Source of the DNA: an uncultured Planctomycetota bacterium
GTDB taxonomy: Bacteria; Planctomycetota; Planctomycetia; Isosphaerales; Isosphaeraceae
Direction: 5' to 3'
NCBI GenBank assembly: GCA_963845755.1
Contig: CAWJTV010000028.1
Span: 256,001 to 320,000 of the forward strand
Length of the DNA stretch: 64,000 bases
The first letter of the stretch is position 1. Every line of letters starts with the position of its first letter. Below the pieces are notes generated by a model. That model was not told the DNA's origin. It saw only the letters and a program-made list of their open reading frames with translations, and ran no database searches. The position numbers and the translations under genes were made by a program. Of the stretch, positions 54,346 through 64,000 are shown piece after piece.

Positions 54346-55742
54346 ATGGAGAAGGCGCGTCAAGGAGGATTGCGGATCCTGTACGCCGATGATGAGTCCC
54401 ATCTTCGGGACTTGATGCAGATTGAATTGCCCCGGCTGGGGCATGAGGTCACGGTCTGTCCCGATGGAACGGCCGCACTGCGCGCGCCTGGAACGCGGCC
54501 TCTACGACGCCGCTCTGCTGGATTTGCGAATGCCCGGTTTGACCGGCATCGAGGTCCTGGGACAGATCCGACAGATCAGTCCGGAGACCCAGGTCATCAT
54601 CCTGACGGGTCATGCCACCGTCAACACGGCCGTCCAGGCGCTTCGACTAGGTGCGTTCGACTATCTGACCAAGCCCTGCAAGTGGGCGGAACTGGAGGTC
54701 ATTCTCACCCGCGTCGCCGAGCGCCGCGACATGGCCAACAAGGCCGTGGCCCTGGAGACCCGGCTCAAAGCCGCCGAAGGATCACCCCTGCTGATCGGCG
54801 AGACTCCGGCCATGCAGCAAGTGCGCCGGCTGATTGAAACGATCGCGCCCACGGACGCCTCCGTCATGATTCTCGGCGAGACCGGAACGGGCAAGGAGCT
54901 GGTGGCACGCAGCCTTCACGACAAGAGCCGGCGATCCGAGCGTGCCTTCATCCCGGTTAATTGCGGTGCGCTGCCGGAGAACCTGGTCGAGAGCGAACTC
55001 TTCGGCCACCGCAAAGGTGCCTTCACGGGTGCCGACGCACATCGCAAGGGACTTTTCGAGGTGGCCAACGGAGGAACGCTGTTCCTCGACGAAGTGGGCG
55101 AGCTGGACAAGAGCGTTCAGGTCAAGCTCTTGCGGTTCCTGGAATCGGGCGAGATCCGCCGCGTCGGCGAGAATGAGCCATTCCGGGTCGATGTGCGCGT
55201 GCTCTGTGCCACCAATCGCGATCTGCGCGACATGGTCGCCGGCGAATCGTTCCGCGAAGACCTGTTCTTCCGGCTCAATACCTTCGAGATCGACCTGCCT
55301 CCTCTGCGCACGCAAGGGCGACATCGTCGCCTTCGCGCATCACATGCTCGCTCGTTACGCCTCACGGCGCGGACTGAGTCAATCGACGATCAGCCCGGAC
55401 TCCCTCGATGTTCTTCAGAATCACGACTGGCCCGGGAACATTCGTGAGCTGGGCAATATGATCGAACGCGCCACGATCCTCGCGGGCGATGGGGCTATCC
55501 TGCCCGAACACCTGCCGACTCAGCTCCCGATCCGCGGCAAGGCCCACCCGACCGCCGCGTCGTCCATCGGCCCTCCTCATTTCCAGATCCCGGAAGGGAC
55601 TCCGACCCTCCGCGACATCGAGATGAAGTACATCCAGGCCATCCTGGAGAAACACAACGGCAACAAGCCGGCGGCCGCGCGGGAACTGGGCATCAGCCTC
55701 AAGACGCTCTACAACAAGATCAATCAGCTTCAGCATAGTTGA
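54346..55742 (+). CDS. NtrC/AtoC-type sigma-54 response regulator (frameshifts ~54488, ~55310)
   Basis: Receiver 'LLDLRMPG', 'GETGTGKE', 'GAFTGA', 'FLDEVGE', 'WPGNIREL', Fis-type HTH. Confidence 0.95.
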
Positions 55743-55744
55743 AG

Positions 55745-55774
55745 CAGTGTTCAGTGTTTGACTGAAAACTGAAA
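55745..55774. terminator. short heptamer inverted repeat between convergent genes; possible bidirectional terminator
   Basis: CAGTGTT x2, TG, ACTGAAA x2 between the regulator stop (55742) and the rnhA stop (55782). Confidence 0.4.
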
Positions 55775-55781
55775 ACGAAAT

Positions 55782-56261
55782 TCAGGATTCCTTGAGCGCC
55801 TTATAGGCGGCGACGGCCATGCGGTCGCAGGCTTCGTTCTCGGGGTGGCCACGGTGGCCCAGGACATGGGTCACCGTGACGCGGTGGCTCTCCAGGAGGG
55901 AGTCGAGCCGCTGCCAGAGGTCGAGGTTGATGACGGGTTTGAGGCGGCCCTTCTCCTTCCGCATCCAGCCCTGGCGTTTCCAGTTGGGCATCCATTCAGT
56001 GATCCCCTTGGCCACATACTGGCTGTCGGTGATCACCTCGACGCGGCACGGCTTCTTGAGGGTCAAGAGGCCCTCGATGACACCCATGAGTTCCATGCGA
56101 TTATTGGTCGTGTCGGGCTCGGCGCCGGACGATTCGGCGATATTGCCGCTGGCGGGGTGATGGAGGATGAACGCCCATCCCCCCGGTCCGGGGTTCCCAC
56201 TGCACGCACCGTCTGTGAATAACCGTACGAGATCTCCGGATGCTGCGGCATCCCGTTCCAT
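55782..56261 (-). CDS. rnhA: ribonuclease HI
   Basis: 'FTDGACSGNPGPGGW', 'TTNNRMEL', 'TDSQYV', 'GHRGHPENEACD'. Confidence 0.97.
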   Translation of the reverse strand: MERDAAASGDLVRLFTDGACSGNPGPGGWAFILHHPASGNIAESSGAEPDTTNNRMELMGVIEGLLTLKKPCRVEVITDSQYVAKGITEWMPNWKRQGWMRKEKGRLKPVINLDLWQRLDSLLESHRVTVTHVLGHRGHPENEACDRMAVAAYKALKES

Positions 56262-56337
56262 TGGGTCGATCCTTCCTGGGCCAGGTCACGGTGGAAGCCG
56301 GCGCCGAAAGAAACTGGCTTGCCGGCTCCTCCGGTGG

Positions 56338-56943
56338 TCAATACTTGCGGACGACGCCCACCAGGACGCCCAGGACGTTGACCCGGTCCCGGTAGATCGG
56401 CTTCATCGTCCGGTTGGCCGGCTCGAGGCGGATGCGGTTGCGTTCGCGGAAGAAGCGCTTCAGCGTCGCCTCGCCGTCGTCATCCCGGACCGCGACGATC
56501 TGCCCGTCGCGCGCCTGCTCCTGCTTGCGGATGATGACATAATCGCCGTCGGCGATGTGCTCGTCGATCATGGATTCGCCCGAGACGCGCAGGGCGAACT
56601 TGTCACCGGGCTCGACCCACTCGGCGAACGTCAGCTCTTCGTGCTGTTCCACGGCCTCCATGGGATGACCGGCTGCGATCCGGCCGACCAGCTTGAGCCC
56701 CGCGTGGTTGGGATTCACCGGGTCTTCCAGGAGCTGAATCGCGCGCGACATGTTCGGCTCGCGATGGATCAGCCCTTTCTTCTGGAGGGCCTTGAGGTGG
56801 CACATCACGCCGTTGGGGCTCTTAATCTGGAAATGCAAGCCGATTTCGCGGACGGTCGGTCCATATCCCCGTCCCTGGATCTTGCTCCTAATAAAATTGT
56901 AGATCTCCCGCTGGCGGGGAGTCAGGGAATCCATGTCGGCCAT
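56338..56943 (-). CDS. lexA: SOS repressor LexA
   Basis: 'LTPRQREI', 'PTVREIG', Ala-Gly cleavage site 'IAAG', 'GESM', 'ATLKRF'; GGAGG RBS. Confidence 0.96.
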   Translation of the reverse strand: MADMDSLTPRQREIYNFIRSKIQGRGYGPTVREIGLHFQIKSPNGVMCHLKALQKKGLIHREPNMSRAIQLLEDPVNPNHAGLKLVGRIAAGHPMEAVEQHEELTFAEWVEPGDKFALRVSGESMIDEHIADGDYVIIRKQEQARDGQIVAVRDDDGEATLKRFFRERNRIRLEPANRTMKPIYRDRVNVLGVLVGVVRKY

Positions 56944-57200
56944 GGTACGCCTCCAAAGTCTGGGAATCGCGATCGAAGAGTCTGCGATTGCCCTCGCACA
57001 CGGGCGATCACGTACTGACTCTTTGGTTGCTAATGTACACCGGTCGGCTAGCGCACGCGAGAACATTTTTCAAAAAAATTTCGAATTCTTCTTTGACCCA
57101 TCCTTCGGTTTGGGGCAAAACACGTCGAAATCCCTGTCCCGAGGATCACCGAACTGTGGCGCCGGATGACCACTCTGACGACGTAATTCGAGGAACTCTC

Positions 57201-57993
57201 ATGTCGGAACCGATCCGGATCCTGGCCCTGCATGCTCATCCCGATGATGTGGAATTTCAGTGCGCGGGCACGCTCATCCTGCTGCGCGAGGCGGGCTGCG
57301 TGGTGACAATCGCGACGATGACGCCGGGAGACTGCGGGAGTGCGGAGCACGATCCCGAGGCGATCGCCGCCATCCGACGCGAGGAAGCCCGGTCCTCGGC
57401 CGCGCTCATCGGGGCCGATTACCTCTGTCTGGAATTCCGGGACCTGTCGATCTTCCAGGATGACGAATCGCTGCGGAGGGTGACCGAGGTCCTGCGCCGC
57501 AGCCGGCCCGAGATCGTCCTCACGGCGCCCCCGATCGACTACATGGTCGATCATGAGATGACCAGCCGGCTCGTCCGGGACGCCTGCTTCGCGGCGCCCT
57601 GTCCCAATTATGCGACCCGGCAGTGGGAGCCCGCGTCGCCGCTTGCGAAGATCCCCCATCTTTACTTCGTCGATGCGATCGCGGGCCAGGACCGCGAAGG
57701 CCTGCCGGTGCCCATCGATTTCTCCATCGACGTCTCGCGGGTCTTCGCCACCAAGCGCGCCATGCTCGCGTGCCATGCGAGTCAGCGCAACTGGCTCCTC
57801 CGCCAACACGGAATCGACGAGTACCTGGAGATGCAGGCCCGCTGGGGCGCCGAACCGTGGCGCCGAGATCGGAGTCGCCCAGGCGGAAGCCTTCCGCCAG
57901 TATCGCGGACATCCCTATCCGCACGACAACCTCCTGCCGGGATTAATCGGCCAGGACGGCCACGGCGGCCTCGTGACGGCAAATGCGCGATGA
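57201..57993 (+). CDS. PIG-L/LmbE-family deacetylase (frameshift ~57856)
   Basis: 'AHPDDVE', 'R..EA', 'DH', 'CHASQ', 'AEAF'. Confidence 0.9.
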
Positions 57994-58061
57994 ACGAACG
58001 GCGATTGATCCCGAACCCGAATCCCCAGGCAATTTTGTGGCGATCTCGCTGGAGGTGATCG

Positions 58062-58910
58062 TCACGACATCGCGTACGTGATAAGCTGGGCGATCGTGCT
58101 CTGGAGGTCCCTTCGGTGCACGATCCGATCGATGAATCCATGCTCGAGGAGGAATTCGCTGGTCTGGAACCCTGGAGGGAGCTGGACGCGAACGGTCTGC
58201 TCGATGACCCGCGGGCCGGCGAAGCCGATGAGGGCCTTGGGCTCGGCGAGGATGAGGTCGCCCAGCGACGCGAAGCTGGCCGCGACGCCGCCCATGGTCG
58301 GATGGGTCAGGACGCTGAGGTAAAGGCAGCCGGCCGCGTGATAGCGTCCCAGGGCGGTCGAGACCTTGGCCATCTGCATGAGCGAGAAAATCCCCTCATG
58401 CATCCGGGCGCCGCCGCCGGATCCGGAGACAATCACCAGCGGGAGATGCTGGCGGGTGGCTTCTTCGATGGCCCGGGTCAGCTTCTCGCCGACGACCGAG
58501 CCCATGCTTCCCATGATGAACTTGCTGTCCGTGATGCCGAAAACGATGCGAATCCCGCGGATGAATCCCTGGCCGACCACCGCGGCCTCCTTGAGCCCGG
58601 TCACGGCCTGCTCGGCCTTCACACGGTCCGGGTAGGGCCGGCGGTCGTTGAACTCGAGCGGGTCGGCCGGCTGGAGGTCGGGATACCATTCCTCGAACGT
58701 GTCGGCGTCGAGGAGCTGCGTGATTCTTTCGGCCGCGGAGACCGGGAAATGGTAGTTGCATTCCGGGCAGACGAGGAGATTCTGTTCGACCTGCTTGCGA
58801 AACAAGGTCGCCTGGCAACCGTCGCAACCCATCCAGACGCGTTCCGGGACTCGCTTGGGCTCGAAATGCCCATGCCAGGCATTCGAGGACCGTCCCTCCT
58901 TTTGTGCCAT
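58062..58910 (-). CDS. accD: acetyl-CoA carboxylase carboxyltransferase beta subunit
   Basis: Zn ribbon CxxC..CxxC, '[10 protein letters not shown]', 'GGARMHEG', '[10 protein letters not shown]'. Confidence 0.96.
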   Translation of the reverse strand: MAQKEGRSSNAWHGHFEPKRVPERVWMGCDGCQATLFRKQVEQNLLVCPECNYHFPVSAAERITQLLDADTFEEWYPDLQPADPLEFNDRRPYPDRVKAEQAVTGLKEAAVVGQGFIRGIRIVFGITDSKFIMGSMGSVVGEKLTRAIEEATRQHLPLVIVSGSGGGARMHEGIFSLMQMAKVSTALGRYHAAGCLYLSVLTHPTMGGVAASFASLGDLILAEPKALIGFAGPRVIEQTVRVQLPPGFQTSEFLLEHGFIDRIVHRRDLQSTIAQLITYAMS

Positions 58911-58996
58911 AACTTGATCCCTCATCGCGACCATTCAAGAGGGCCGGCTTCGTGCTGCCCCGGAACCGGGATGACACCGGCGCGAGCGGGTGGGAT

Positions 58997-59590
58997 TCAG
59001 GCGATACCATTCCGCAGGAGCACCGGCGCGATCTGGATCCATTCGAACTCGCAGCAAGACCATTGTTCGTCAAGATGGACGCGCGGCTCGCCACGCAAGT
59101 AACAGGCAACCAGCCGCACCAGCGGCTCTCCCACAACCAGGCCGATCGACTCCTCCTGGTGCCGGCGCAGGAGCGGACGGAACGCCGTCTTGATCCGTCC
59201 CATCGCACGTTCGACGGTCTCGCCCAGCGGGGGACAGATCGTCGCGGGATCGTCGATCCACTGTCGGAACAGCTTGGTGTTTCGCCGCTTGATTTCGTCG
59301 ATCTGGAGCCCTTGCCACAACCCCTGGTCGAGGTTGCGGAATTCGTTGATCCGCTTGGGCCGGACCCCCAGGATCTTGCCGACAATCTCGGCCGTCCGGA
59401 TGACATTCTCGCCTGGCCCGCAGTAGAGCGCCGCGAGCGGCGAGTCGCCCAGACAGTGCGAGAGCTTCTGGGCCATCCGTACGACTTCATCATGACCGCT
59501 CTCGCTGAGCGGGATATCCAGAACGCCTTGAACGCGATTCTGCTCATCATAGAGCGTCGCGCCGGGGCGAATCAAAATCACTTGCGACAT
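58997..59590 (-). CDS. histidine-phosphatase-fold protein lacking the catalytic His
   Basis: 'ILIRPGAT' in place of RHG; 'QG.LDIPLS', 'GLWQGL', 'PPLGET'. Confidence 0.85.
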   Translation of the reverse strand: MSQVILIRPGATLYDEQNRVQGVLDIPLSESGHDEVVRMAQKLSHCLGDSPLAALYCGPGENVIRTAEIVGKILGVRPKRINEFRNLDQGLWQGLQIDEIKRRNTKLFRQWIDDPATICPPLGETVERAMGRIKTAFRPLLRRHQEESIGLVVGEPLVRLVACYLRGEPRVHLDEQWSCCEFEWIQIAPVLLRNGIA

Positions 59591-60285
59591 TTCGGATTGG
59601 ACGAGAAAAAAGCGCACGGGCCTTGTCAACCCCGTCCCAGGATGCGACATCGGTCGCAAACCCGGCTCAGTTCGAATGTATAACATGTCCTATCTTGCCA
59701 CGAAAGTGCCCTCCAGGCAACGCGCCCCCATCAAGACCGCCTCTTTCGACCTCCCGCGCCACCCCATTCCAACCTGAAGAGTCCTTCCTCTCAGATCGTC
59801 AACCCAGGGTCGGGAATTGCGTCGCGGCCCCATCTCGACAAGAATCCCACTTCAACCCGCTTCCGATAGAGCGAGGAAACGTCCGTCGAACAATTCCGCA
59901 ACCTTACTTGCAACGCTCAGTAGGATATTCCGTTTAGAGCGAACTGCCTTGTTGAATGCATGCTGTTCTCGAGTCCCATGTGATGATTGTTTAGATCATT
60001 GCTGTACGCGTATTTTGGGCAAGTCACGCGAAGAATCCGGTCGTCCGAAGGCTCGATCGTGGGAGGGAATGCGGTTTACCGGACCGAATCACCATTGGTC
60101 AACAGAATGCCATGCTCGACACCTTGACGGAATTCTCAATGCGTTATTGAATGTATTCCTCAGTTCAATCGGGAGCCACGATTCGGGGAGTCAACGCCGG
60201 GGCGGGCCGGTGACCGACCGCGCATGAATCGAACACCCGTCCACGTTCAACCTGCGATCACAATCTCTCTCGCAAGGATGCAACA

Positions 60286-61848
60286 ATGGCACGGATCGCC
60301 TTGATTAATCCGCGGTTCCAGACCTCGTTCTGGGGGCTGGACCACGGGATGCCGATCCTCGGGAAGCGGTCGAACATGCCGGTGCTGGCGCTGCCAGTCC
60401 TGGCCGGGTTGACGCCCGCAGAGCATGACGTCGTTCTGATCGATGAGAACATCGAGGAGATCGACTTCGACGCGTTGGAGTCGTTCGAGATCGTCGGCCT
60501 GACCGGCATGACGGTTCAGCGCGACCGGATGCGTGAGATCCTGGAAGAGCTCCACACCCGGGGTATCTTCACCGTGATCGGTGGTCCGTGGGTCAGTGTG
60601 GTGGAGGATTGGTTCGAGGGGCTGGTCGACGTCACGTTCGTTGGAGAGGCCGAGGAGACCTGGCCACGATTCCTCGACGAGTGGTCGCGAGGCGAGCACC
60701 AGAGCCGTTATGAACAGGCCGAGAAGACGGACATGACCAAGGTCCCGCCGCCGCGTTTTGACCTCGTCAAGTTCCGCGAGTACGCCATGGGCTGCGTCCA
60801 GACCTCGCGCGGCTGTCCGTTCCAGTGCGAGTTCTGCGACATCATCGTCATTTTCGGCCGCAAGCCGCGGATCAAGACGCCCGAGCAGGTCGTCGCCGAG
60901 ATCGATGCTCAGCACCGGCTCGGCTGTCGCGTGATCTTTCTCGTCGATGATAACTTCATCGGGAACAAGAAAGCCGCCAAGGTCATCCTCCGCGCCATCA
61001 TCGACTGGCAGCGCCAGCACGGCTACCCGTTGGCCTTCTTCACCGAGGCGTCGCTCGACCTGGCCGAGGATGACGAGTTGTTGCGTCTGATGGCCGAGGC
61101 CGGCCTGATCGCCGTCTTCATCGGGATCGAGAGCCCGGACGAAGAGGCCCTTCGCGAGACCAAGAAATACCAGAATGTGCGCGGAAGCCTTGTCGACCGG
61201 GTCCGGAAGGTGCAGGAAGCGGGCCTCGAGGTCTACGCGGGGATGATCGTCGGCTTCGACCAGGACGATGTGACCGTCTTCGATCGGCAGTTCGACTTCC
61301 TCAGCCGGTCGCGGATCGTCGGCGCGATGGCCGGCATGCTTTCGGCGATCCCCAAGACACCGCTGTACGACCGGCTCGCCGCCGAAGGCCGGCTCGACAA
61401 CGCCGCGGCGGACGATCCCCGGATCGCCACCAATGTCGTACCTCTGCACATGACCGTCAGCGAGATGCGCGACGGCTGGCTCGACCTGATGGGCCGTCTC
61501 TATGATGCGGAGAGCTACTTTCAGCGGTTCGACGATCTATTCATCACCGGAAGACTTCCCTTAGCGAGTGCGAAGATGGCCTGGTTACTCCGGCATCGCC
61601 CTCTGCGATACCTTGTGCTCCAGGCCTTGACGATCTTCGGAGCACTCGTGATGCTCGCGCGCGTCTGGTCCGATCCGCGGACGAGGCCCGATCGGCCGGT
61701 CTATGCCAGGTACCTCCGCAAGCTCCTCATCTCGGGCCGGCCGCCGCGTTATCTCTTCCAGTTCGCCTGGAAGTGCATCATGCACACCCACTTCGCCATC
61801 ATGACCCGTCAGATGGTGCGCGGCGAGAGCCGGCTGGTCAACTCATGA
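60286..61848 (+). CDS. B12-binding domain radical SAM protein
   Basis: N-terminal cobalamin-binding region ('GGP', 'GEAE'); CxxxCxxC 'CPFQCEFC'; 'DDNF', 'GIES'. Confidence 0.93.
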   Translation: MARIALINPRFQTSFWGLDHGMPILGKRSNMPVLALPVLAGLTPAEHDVVLIDENIEEIDFDALESFEIVGLTGMTVQRDRMREILEELHTRGIFTVIGGPWVSVVEDWFEGLVDVTFVGEAEETWPRFLDEWSRGEHQSRYEQAEKTDMTKVPPPRFDLVKFREYAMGCVQTSRGCPFQCEFCDIIVIFGRKPRIKTPEQVVAEIDAQHRLGCRVIFLVDDNFIGNKKAAKVILRAIIDWQRQHGYPLAFFTEASLDLAEDDELLRLMAEAGLIAVFIGIESPDEEALRETKKYQNVRGSLVDRVRKVQEAGLEVYAGMIVGFDQDDVTVFDRQFDFLSRSRIVGAMAGMLSAIPKTPLYDRLAAEGRLDNAAADDPRIATNVVPLHMTVSEMRDGWLDLMGRLYDAESYFQRFDDLFITGRLPLASAKMAWLLRHRPLRYLVLQALTIFGALVMLARVWSDPRTRPDRPVYARYLRKLLISGRPPRYLFQFAWKCIMHTHFAIMTRQMVRGESRLVNS

Positions 61849-61863
61849 GTCGCAACCTTCACC

Positions 61864-62544
61864 TCAGGAATAGGGCAGGTTGTGCACCAACGATTCGACG
61901 CGGGCGCGGACGAACCGGACGGGTTGGCGGCAGAGCGAGCCGAACAAGAACGGCGGCCACAGGAAGTGAACCACCTGCACGGCCTGGACCGCCTGGCCGC
62001 GGACATTGGGATGGGGGCTGGGCAGGATGTAGACGAACATGAGGGTGCAGGCGGCGACGAGCGCCACCAGGCCCAGCAGTACGAACAGCCAGCCGAATCC
62101 GAGGAGTATGCGTCCGCTCGGCATCTCGATGGCGTACTCGATGCGCGTCCGCGATCCCGAGGGAGTCAGCCGGAACCGACCGCGGCGGACGCCCGCGGAT
62201 GGACCATGCCCCGACGAGCCGGCTGTCATTCCGGCCGATTCGAAGACCAGCTCGCGACGGTCGCAGGCGACGATCTTGACAGGGCCGAACGGTCCCATAC
62301 CCTCACGTGCCAGCAGGCCGGCTAGCTTCCCCGAGAGTTCTTCGGGCACACCCGCGACCTCGGCCTCGCCGACGATCGTGTTCCTGGCGGCGGCCTCCTC
62401 GATCTCGAACCGCTGGGCAGCCTCCATAGCTCTCGCCTGGCGCTCGCTCGTGGCGCGGATCATGTACGACAAACCCGACAGCCAGGCCACGCCCCCGACC
62501 GTCGCGACCGCGACCACGATCCACTTCCCGATCTCCGGATCCAT
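61864..62544 (-). CDS. hypothetical membrane protein
   Basis: Three hydrophobic segments; GGGAG RBS. Confidence 0.7.
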   Translation of the reverse strand: MDPEIGKWIVVAVATVGGVAWLSGLSYMIRATSERQARAMEAAQRFEIEEAAARNTIVGEAEVAGVPEELSGKLAGLLAREGMGPFGPVKIVACDRRELVFESAGMTAGSSGHGPSAGVRRGRFRLTPSGSRTRIEYAIEMPSGRILLGFGWLFVLLGLVALVAACTLMFVYILPSPHPNVRGQAVQAVQVVHFLWPPFLFGSLCRQPVRFVRARVESLVHNLPYS

Positions 62545-62655
62545 AAGTCTCCCTTCGTCTTCCAATCCTGTCAGCACGACGGTCCCGCATTCCAATCGAG
62601 CCCGATCGGCCCGTCAAGAGTCTCCCTCGGTTCCTGACGGCGACGGCGACCCGAT

Positions 62656-62901
62656 TCACCAACGAGGCCGGAGGCCCTGGATGGCATCGTCGACGGCCAG
62701 TTCGATCAGCTCGACCGAGGCGGCGGAACCGACGCGTCGCGTGATCTCGGCCACGATCGCATCGGCGGCACCGCCGACCTGCGCCGCGGCATCACGTCCG
62801 CTGGCGTGGTCGAACCGAGCGATCTCGGCGAGGCGAGCCGCTTCGCCGTATGCAATCCGATAGAGCAAGCACGATTCCAGGTCGTGGAGGAGTTCGCTCA
62901 T
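62656..62901 (-). CDS. small hypothetical protein
   Basis: 81 aa; start overlaps the ABC gene stop (ATGA coupling). Confidence 0.6.
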   Translation of the reverse strand: MSELLHDLESCLLYRIAYGEAARLAEIARFDHASGRDAAAQVGGAADAIVAEITRRVGSAASVELIELAVDDAIQGLRPRW

Positions 62902-64000
62902 TCTCGTGCACCCGATGGAGTTGGAGTCGCAGGAGTGGACGTCGTTTGTTCGACAAGGGCCCCATCGACCGCGCCGCGTCCCCGAATCGGCGTGACTTGC
63001 CAGCGTCCTTCACCCTGGATTTCGAGCTCCGTATCATGATAGGCACCCAGGCTCCGGCGGTCGCCGATGCTCAGGTAGGTGATCGCGGATTCCCCGAGAA
63101 CCTGGTAGAGCATCCCGACCTGATCGGCGCCCAGGTCCGCGCCGATGTGATCGAGGAAAACGAAACGGGGGCTCGTCAGGAGGACGCGAGCGAAGACCAG
63201 CAGCCGCTGCTCGACGGGTGAGAGCGCGCTGGGACTGTGGACGTCAGCGTCGAGTCCGCCGACGCGTTCGACCATCGAATGCAGCCCGACCTTCTCGAGC
63301 GCCGCGAGGATCTCCCCATCGCGAAGGGCACGCTCGGAAGAGCTGGTGATCAACTGGGATCGTAGCGTGCAGCCGCACGGTCAACGGCTGCCTGGGCACG
63401 AACGTGATCTCTCCGGGACCGGGCCGGACAATGCGGCCTTCTCCGTCCTCCCAGATGCCGACGGTCGCCAGGAATAGGGCCATCTCGGCGGTCACGTCCG
63501 ATCCGGTGATCAGCAGGTTCTTGCCCGAGGGGATTTCCAGCGAGAGGTTCTGGATCAGCGGGCGGCGGTCCCGCCGCGTCCAGAGCGTGAGCCCGTCGTA
63601 AGCCACCCGGTCGGGCGCCTCGGCGACTCGGATGCCCGAGACGGCCGGTGACTGCGCCTCATCGATGGCGTCGACGATCGTGTCCAGACGCCTGGTCACG
63701 GCGGCGAACGAAGAAAGCGTTTCGAACTGCGTCACGATCAGCGAGAACGCACCCAGAAACGCCGAGAACGCCATCGCGGACTGCGTGACGACGCCGAACT
63801 CCACCTGGCCCCGGATGTACATCGGCGCCACGATCAGGAGTGGGATGAGTTGGGTCAGGTAGTTGTACCCGTTGACGAAGAAATTGAGATTCCGTGTGAC
63901 TCGGACGATGGCCTCGTTATTGGCCACCACATCGTCCAGGCGTGAGCGGAGACAGCCGCCGACCGTCCGCTCGGCGCGCATCGTCGTGATCGTCTCGGCC
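62898..64000 (-). CDS. YddA/BacA-like (ABCD-type) fused permease and ATP-binding protein, 5' partial, degenerate NBD (frameshift ~63365)
   Basis: 'IVAPMYIRGQVEFGVVTQSAMAF...FSLIVTQF', 'FVPRQP', 'LSPVEQR', 'FVFLD'. Confidence 0.85.

Noticed and set aside
59600..60285. Cobalamin riboswitch before the B12 radical SAM gene
   Set aside because: No recognisable B12-box or conserved core by eye

Overview
GC-rich chromosomal window that looks like a planctomycete of the Isosphaeraceae type. This is inferred from the DUF1501 and DUF1549/DUF1553 proteins, an 'LExRxLL' secretion motif, a sulfatase/FGE pair and Uma2. Most of it is core or metabolic genes: argS, rsfS, tRNA-Glu(CTC), typA, a cardiolipin synthase, an MnmE-like GTPase, hrpB, rnhA, lexA, accD, a sigma-54 two-component pair and a sugar-isomerase cluster. 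About 25 single-base frameshifts, some in conserved genes such as typA and hrpB, point to long-read consensus errors, so split ORFs are merged below. The most unusual locus is an intact large-terminase gene (28678-30081) with no other phage gene in the window. It is bracketed by two same-orientation copies of a ~155-bp palindromic repeat that also occurs twice in tandem at 312-720. The upstream copy appears to supply part of the terminase ribosome-binding site, and further repeat families are nested downstream. Other points of interest are a 17-unit GATTCNN heptamer array, an HTH protein with an acidic repeat linker and membrane anchor, a probably inactive histidine phosphatase before accD, an ABC protein with degenerate ATPase motifs, and decayed toxin-antitoxin genes. 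All family assignments come from motif recognition; no database search was run.
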